Origin: an uncultured bacterium
Lineage (GTDB): Bacteria; Hydrogenedentota; Hydrogenedentia; Hydrogenedentales; JAEUWI01
Reading direction: 5' to 3'
NCBI GenBank assembly: GCA_963977445.1
Contig: CAXBPH010000240.1
Span: forward strand, 1-10,811
DNA length: 10,811 nt
Below, in pieces: positions 6,751 through 10,811 of this stretch. Every line of letters begins with the position of its first letter. The stretch's first letter is position 1. The notes beneath the pieces were generated by a model. It was not told the origin of the DNA. It did no database searches and worked only from the letters and a program-made list of their open reading frames with translations. Both the position numbers and the translations under genes were made by a program.

Positions 6751-8619
6751 ATGACCGACGAAAATAGCGATTCCAAGAATGAAGATGCGTCAAAGACTAC
6801 GGAAGACATAAAGGAAGCCCCGGCAGAGGGAGACGTTTTGGACACGGAGGCAACTCCCGAAGACGTTGCGCCACCCGCTGAGGACGTCCCCCCACCGGTT
6901 CCCCGGCTGTCGGTGACCTTTCCTTTTGCCGTCGTGTTGCTCCAATTGGTCGTCTCACTCTATTTTCTTAATTCCAGCACCACCCCCATGCGTACCTATA
7001 TCGGTATCGCGGGCGCGCCTATCCTGGCGACGACCCTCCTACTTGGCTGGTGGCTATTATCCTTTTCCATACCCTTGCGCGATCGGCTGGTCGGGGTGCT
7101 TCTCGCTGCCGCAGCGATTGCCATACCCCTCGTGACCGCAACTCCCATTAGCCCGTTTTTCCTGGTGTATTTGCTTCCCGTGATGACCACGGCGGTGGTG
7201 CTGATGGCGGTGATGACCCGGGGCATGCGCTGGGAACAACAGCGAAAGGGGTTGATTGGCGCTTTGGGCATCTTCGTTGTGTTCTTCTGCATGACCCGCG
7301 TCGGCGGTGTGGATGGCAACATGGTACCCGCCCTCGCCTGGCGGTGGGACGGCGCAGAAAGCATCGCGCTTGGAGAAAATCAAGTAGCCACCCTACCCAA
7401 AGAAGCTGCGCCGGGTGATTGGCCCGGATTTCGGGGAAAAGAACGGGTAGCCCGAAACAATGTAGATAGCTTCGCCATTAACTGGGACGTGAATCCACCC
7501 AAAGAGCTGTGGCGTCAACCGGTAGGCCCCGGTTGGTCTTCTTTTGCGGTGGTCGGTGAATATTGCTTCACCCAAGAGCAGCGAGACGATCTGGAAGCGG
7601 TGGTCTGTTATGAAGTAGCCACCGGAAAACAGGTTTGGGCCAACACGGTGGATGTGCATTTCGTCCACGCCAGCATGGGCGATGGCCCCCGGGCCACCCC
7701 CACCTTCCACAAGGGCATGCTCTACACCCAGGGCGCCACGGGCATCCTGCAACGTATCAACGCGTCCACGGGCGAAACGGTCTGGCAACGGGACATCAAG
7801 GCCGACAGCGAAGGCAGAATTCCCACGTGGGGCTATTCCAGCTCGCCCTTAATCACCGGTGAGCTCCTCGTCGCCTACACGGGTGCCGGAAATGGGAAAA
7901 GCATCATCGCCTATAAGCAGGAAACGGGAGAAATCGTGTGGACGGGCGGTAAGGGCAAAAACGGCTACAGCTCGCCCCAACTCGGTGAAATCGCCGCGGT
8001 GCCTCAGATTCTGATGAGCAGCAATTACGGCATTGAAACCTTTGACCCCAAAACCGGAACGCCCCTCTGGGACCAGGAATGGAACATCAAGAGCAATCCC
8101 CGTGTGGCCCAGCCCTTTGTCATGGATTTGTATCAGGTCATTGCGGGCACCGGTCAGGGTAAAGGCGCCCGGCTGATAAAGGCGGATATCGACACCGCCG
8201 ACAAAACCTGGACAGTCACCACCAAATGGACCAGCGACGACTTCAACCCCTATTTCAATGACTTTGTCTACTACTATGGCTATTGCTATGGTTTCAATGG
8301 AGACCAGCTCGCCTGTATGGACACCACCGATGGCAAAGTTCGCTGGACCGGGGACAAAGTCGGCGGGCAAATCCTTTTTCTCTTCGACATGGAGATGTTG
8401 CTGGTACTCACGGAGTCGGGCGAGATCCTGCTGATTCCCGCGTTCCCGGAAGAGGGCAATATTGTCGCCCGCATGCCGGCCCTCACCGGAAAAACCTGGA
8501 ATCATCCCGTCGTTTCTGGTGGCAAGCTCTTTGTGCGCAACAGCACCGAAGCCGTTTGCTACGAACTTCCCCCAGCCCCCCCGAAAGAAGGCGACGACGA
8601 GAAGCCGGCCGCCCACTAA
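6751..8619 (+). CDS. Membrane-anchored PQQ-binding-like (BamB-like) beta-propeller repeat protein, ~622 aa
   Basis: GGAG at 6736-39; ATG 6751 (TTG 6745 is an alternative start). Acidic N-terminal tail and 5 hydrophobic segments. Then DWPGFRG, ELWRQPVGPGWSSFAV, GPRATPT, TGETVW, WGYSSSPLI, YSSP and GKTWNHPVVSGGKLFVRN, with recurring TG..xW blade ends. Confidence 0.9.
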   Translation: MTDENSDSKNEDASKTTEDIKEAPAEGDVLDTEATPEDVAPPAEDVPPPVPRLSVTFPFAVVLLQLVVSLYFLNSSTTPMRTYIGIAGAPILATTLLLGWWLLSFSIPLRDRLVGVLLAAAAIAIPLVTATPISPFFLVYLLPVMTTAVVLMAVMTRGMRWEQQRKGLIGALGIFVVFFCMTRVGGVDGNMVPALAWRWDGAESIALGENQVATLPKEAAPGDWPGFRGKERVARNNVDSFAINWDVNPPKELWRQPVGPGWSSFAVVGEYCFTQEQRDDLEAVVCYEVATGKQVWANTVDVHFVHASMGDGPRATPTFHKGMLYTQGATGILQRINASTGETVWQRDIKADSEGRIPTWGYSSSPLITGELLVAYTGAGNGKSIIAYKQETGEIVWTGGKGKNGYSSPQLGEIAAVPQILMSSNYGIETFDPKTGTPLWDQEWNIKSNPRVAQPFVMDLYQVIAGTGQGKGARLIKADIDTADKTWTVTTKWTSDDFNPYFNDFVYYYGYCYGFNGDQLACMDTTDGKVRWTGDKVGGQILFLFDMEMLLVLTESGEILLIPAFPEEGNIVARMPALTGKTWNHPVVSGGKLFVRNSTEAVCYELPPAPPKEGDDEKPAAH

Positions 8620-8639
8620 CATTCCGATAACGTGGACCC

Positions 8640-8680
8640 TTGGTGGGACGACTCCACCTACGGGTAGTAGTCGCCATCAA
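8640..8680 (+). other. Stable hairpin capped by a c(UACG)g tetraloop
   Basis: TTGGTGG(8640-46)/CCATCAA(8674-80), CGACT(8649-53)/AGTCG(8669-73) and ACC-TACG-GGT. It is followed by an A-run rather than a U-run. Confidence 0.45.
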
Positions 8681-8696
8681 AAACAACTACACTATT

Positions 8697-8726
8697 TAGA
8701 CGTATAGCCCTGAGTTCTGCTATAAT
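8697..8726 (+). promoter_or_regulatory. sigma70 promoter with perfect extended -10 for the lipoprotein-mtgA operon
   Basis: TAGACG (8697-8702), an 18-nt spacer, TG (8718-19) and TATAAT (8721-26) in an AT-rich context. GAAGGA RBS at 8761-66. Confidence 0.7.
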
Positions 8727-8772
8727 TACTTGTCGAAACTACGCATTATCAGTATTAGCAGAAGGAAGCTCC

Positions 8773-9270
8773 GTGGTGACTACTCGCCGTCTATTTGCCC
8801 TTACCTCATTGGTCCTTGTCATGGCCCTTTTGCCGGGTTGTGCCAAAAGTCACCACAACCGGGACATGCGGGGTGCCCGGGCAGATTTTGAGCCCACCTT
8901 GAAGGAAGTGGCCCTGGCCTATAACCAGACCTGTGCGGGCGGCGGCCGGGAATCCAACAATTGCGCCCACTTCCTTTCGGACGCCTTTATTCGGGCGGGC
9001 TACACCGAACTGCTGGACTCCGATCTGGTCACCGAGCGCTGCGATTGTGGTGCCGGGCGGGTGGTCCGTGCCCAGGACTTGCTGAAATGGTTTCAATCCA
9101 AGTCGGTGCGTTTTCATTCGGGACGCCTGGAGCCCAACACAGGATTCTGGGCGGTTTACCAGGAAAAACCAGGTCGTCGTCACGTAACCATTCTGGATTC
9201 CAACACAGGCAAGTTTTACGGCACCGCCGATTGTAAAAACTGGCCCGTCCAGTGGAATTACCAATGGTAG
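8773..9270 (+). CDS. Lipoprotein, putative Tae4-like / NlpC-P60 superfamily Cys-His peptidoglycan amidase, 165 aa
   Basis: GTG start after GAAGGA. Signal MVTTRRLFALTSLVLVMALLPG|C23 (lipobox). Motifs NNC64AHFLSDAFIRAG, VVRAQDLLKWF, GFWAVY and RH137VTILD appear in the order and spacing of Tae4-family motifs. The CDS is confident; the function is inferred. Confidence 0.75.
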   Translation: MVTTRRLFALTSLVLVMALLPGCAKSHHNRDMRGARADFEPTLKEVALAYNQTCAGGGRESNNCAHFLSDAFIRAGYTELLDSDLVTERCDCGAGRVVRAQDLLKWFQSKSVRFHSGRLEPNTGFWAVYQEKPGRRHVTILDSNTGKFYGTADCKNWPVQWNYQW

Positions 9271-9307
9271 GCTGGTGCTGCCAAATACGCGCCTCCCGGT
9301 GCCCGTC

Positions 9308-10204
9308 ATGAGCCCGGAACCCGCCGAAACAAAACGCCCCCGGGTCCGACGCAAAGCGTCTGCAACGCCCAAGACGGATGCCGCCGCCGCCCCGGCCAAG
9401 AAAAAGGCCGCCGCGAAGCGCAAGACGACGCCCCGGAAGAAGGCCGCGGCGCAATCGACGACCGCCAAGACCACGACGCCTTCGGATGCACCCCGTCGCG
9501 CTACCAGGAAGTTTTCGCGGAAGGCAGCCCTTATCTTCGCGGCCAAAGCCAGTTTTATTGCCGCCCTCATCTTTGTGACGATTACGGGGTCCTGGATAAT
9601 TTCTTATCTCTTCGTCAATCCGCCCATGACCCCCCTGATGGTCATGCGCCATTTTCAGGAAGAAGAAGACATCCGGAATCGCTGGCGCAGTTATGAGGAA
9701 ATATCACCGGAGTTCCTGCTTGCCGTGGTGGCCGCCGAAGACCAACTCTTCTTCGAGCACAAGGGCTTCGACATAAAGCAGATTCAAGCCGCCATCGAGA
9801 CCCACCTCGACGGGGGTAAGCTTCGTGGGGGCAGCACCATCAGCCAGCAGGTCGCCAAGAATGTTTTCCTGTGGCCCGGTCGCTCCTGGATTCGAAAGGG
9901 CCTCGAGGCCTATTTCACCCTCGGCATCGAAGTATGTTGGCCCAAGAAACGTATCCTCGAAATGTATGTGAACGTGGCCGAACTGGGTCCCGGTATCTAT
10001 GGCGTTGAGTCTGCCGCCCGCCACTACTTTGGCAAGGCCGCCAGCGATCTCACCCGGGAAGAAAGCGCGCGGCTGGCCTCCATTCTCCCTGCACCCCGAG
10101 AGCGCTCTCCCCTCCGGCCTTCGGAATATGTACTGGAGCGCCAACAGTGGATTCTCGGACAGATGCACAATTTGGGCGGTCCGGCCTACCTTGGTGGCCA
10201 ATAA
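9308..10204 (+). CDS. mtgA: Monofunctional biosynthetic peptidoglycan transglycosylase (GT51) with a long basic N-terminal extension
   Basis: GT51 motifs AVVAAEDQLFFEHKGFD, RGGSTISQQVAKNVFLW, RKGLEAY, KKRILEMYVNVAELG, GVESAARHYFG and LASILPAP. One TM segment followed by NPPMTPLM. No transpeptidase domain. The start could alternatively be GTG 9275, 4 nt after the upstream stop. Confidence 0.95.
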   Translation: MSPEPAETKRPRVRRKASATPKTDAAAAPAKKKAAAKRKTTPRKKAAAQSTTAKTTTPSDAPRRATRKFSRKAALIFAAKASFIAALIFVTITGSWIISYLFVNPPMTPLMVMRHFQEEEDIRNRWRSYEEISPEFLLAVVAAEDQLFFEHKGFDIKQIQAAIETHLDGGKLRGGSTISQQVAKNVFLWPGRSWIRKGLEAYFTLGIEVCWPKKRILEMYVNVAELGPGIYGVESAARHYFGKAASDLTREESARLASILPAPRERSPLRPSEYVLERQQWILGQMHNLGGPAYLGGQ

Positions 10205-10286
10205 TCCCTCGCCCTGATGGACGTGACGGGGAGGCGGGGCCATCAACTGAGGCACCCCACCACCCAGACGACTCCTTTTTTGTACA

Positions 10287-10328
10287 TTCGCTTCTGACAC
10301 CCCATGGGCGTATAGTGGCAGAAGCGGA
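10287..10328. other. Intergenic hairpin downstream of mtgA
   Basis: CGCTTCTG(10289-96)/CAGAAGCG(10319-26) forms a perfect 8-bp stem, extended by CAC/GTG inside and by T-G and T-A pairs outside. Confidence 0.35.
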
Positions 10329-10408
10329 CCGGTCGCAGGAGGCGGAATGCGCTGCCCTTTGCCACGGCAGATAAGACGGCTCCTCTGAATACGAACCCCA
10401 AACTTGAA

Positions 10409-10417
10409 TGCTACAAT
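10409..10417 (+). promoter_or_regulatory. Putative extended -10 promoter (TGcTACAAT) for the small basic ORF
   Basis: TG at 10409-10 and TACAAT at 10412-17. No obvious -35. Confidence 0.5.
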
Positions 10418-10488
10418 TCTCGGCCTCTCCGAACCCTTCCCGGCTTCGGGAGGAACCGGGCCTGCATATAACCCGAAAAGAGCCCCCC

Positions 10489-10620
10489 ATGGGAGACAAG
10501 AGTCCAAAAAGCAAAGACAAGGGCCTGAAACAGAAAAAAGTTCAGGATGCCAAGGACAAGAAAAAGAAAAAAGACAATACGCAAGCGACCACATCGATTC
10601 CTGTCCCAAAGAAAAAGTAA
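10489..10620 (+). CDS. Small lysine-rich hypothetical protein, 43 aa (MGDKSPKSKDKGLKQKKVQDAKDKKKKKDNTQATTSIPVPKKK)
   Basis: ATG 10489 after AAAAGAG (weak RBS). A-rich segment with mixed AAA/AAG Lys codons in one frame. Upstream promoter and downstream terminator. Confidence 0.65.
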   Translation: MGDKSPKSKDKGLKQKKVQDAKDKKKKKDNTQATTSIPVPKKK

Positions 10621-10714
10621 TACCGAAGACATCGGCTTCTATTGTCCGGGATCCTCGTGGCTATGACCGCTCCAAAAGCGTGTCTCAGGTTATCGAAGTT
10701 CTCCGACACCATGG

Positions 10715-10758
10715 AAAATGGGCCCCATCCTGAATTCAGGACGGGGCCCTATTATTTT
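10715..10758. terminator. Bidirectional intrinsic terminator
   Basis: GGGCCCC-A-TCCTG-aatt-CAGGA-C-GGGGCCC (10720-10749). The A/C mismatch becomes a G-U pair on the minus strand. Flanked by AAAA (10715-18) and TATTATTTT (10750-58). Confidence 0.8.
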
Positions 10759-10811
10759 GGTTCATGGGCAATTAGTGGGGATGATTCAATTGATACTTCA
10801 AGTGCCGGAGG

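Noticed and set aside
6751..8619. Calling the gene bamB or a PQQ dehydrogenase
   Set aside because: It has no lipobox, is anchored by multiple TM segments, and I recognise no quinoprotein catalytic motifs. Only the propeller repeat is supported.
8773..9270. Genuine T6SS effector-immunity pair
   Set aside because: The protein has a lipoprotein signal, and there is no adjacent immunity gene and no vgrG/hcp/PAAR in the window.
10404..10733. 109-aa ORF 10404-10733 and the 10408 extension of the small ORF
   Set aside because: Both starts lie upstream of or within the candidate -10, and the longer ORF ends inside the terminator. The 10489 frame explains the A-rich composition.
10752..10811. 3' end of a convergent minus-strand gene (..LRHLKYQLNHPH* ending 10772, or ..SSPLIAHEPK* ending 10752)
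   Set aside because: Plausible given the bidirectional terminator, but too short to choose a frame or product.
1..10811. CRISPR array, tRNA/rRNA, IS or prophage elements
   Set aside because: I saw no regularly spaced repeats, cloverleaf or rRNA signatures, transposase/integrase motifs or terminal inverted repeats.

Overview
GC-rich bacterial window with no mobile element, CRISPR array, tRNA or rRNA detected. All complete genes are on the + strand and fall into about five transcription units. (1) An exported cupin and a DoxX-family membrane protein sit behind an exact ECF41-type promoter (TGTCACA-N16-CGTC). (2) A planctomycete-type cytochrome c/DUF1549/DUF1553 (PSD1) protein is translationally coupled to a Tat-exported DUF1501 protein. 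(3) A 5-TM-anchored PQQ-like beta-propeller protein has an acidic N-terminal tail. (4) A lipoprotein with the motif spacing of Tae4/NlpC-P60 Cys-His peptidoglycan amidases is directly followed by a monofunctional transglycosylase (mtgA) carrying a histone-H1-like Lys/Ala/Thr N-terminal tail. (5) A 43-aa Lys-rich peptide has its own extended -10 promoter and is followed by a bidirectional terminator. The gene content suggests a PVC-like or similar lineage (inference). The best candidate for an undescribed system is unit 4, an apparently 'domesticated' Tae4-like amidase paired with a basic-tailed MtgA. All family assignments come from motif recognition by eye, not from database searches.
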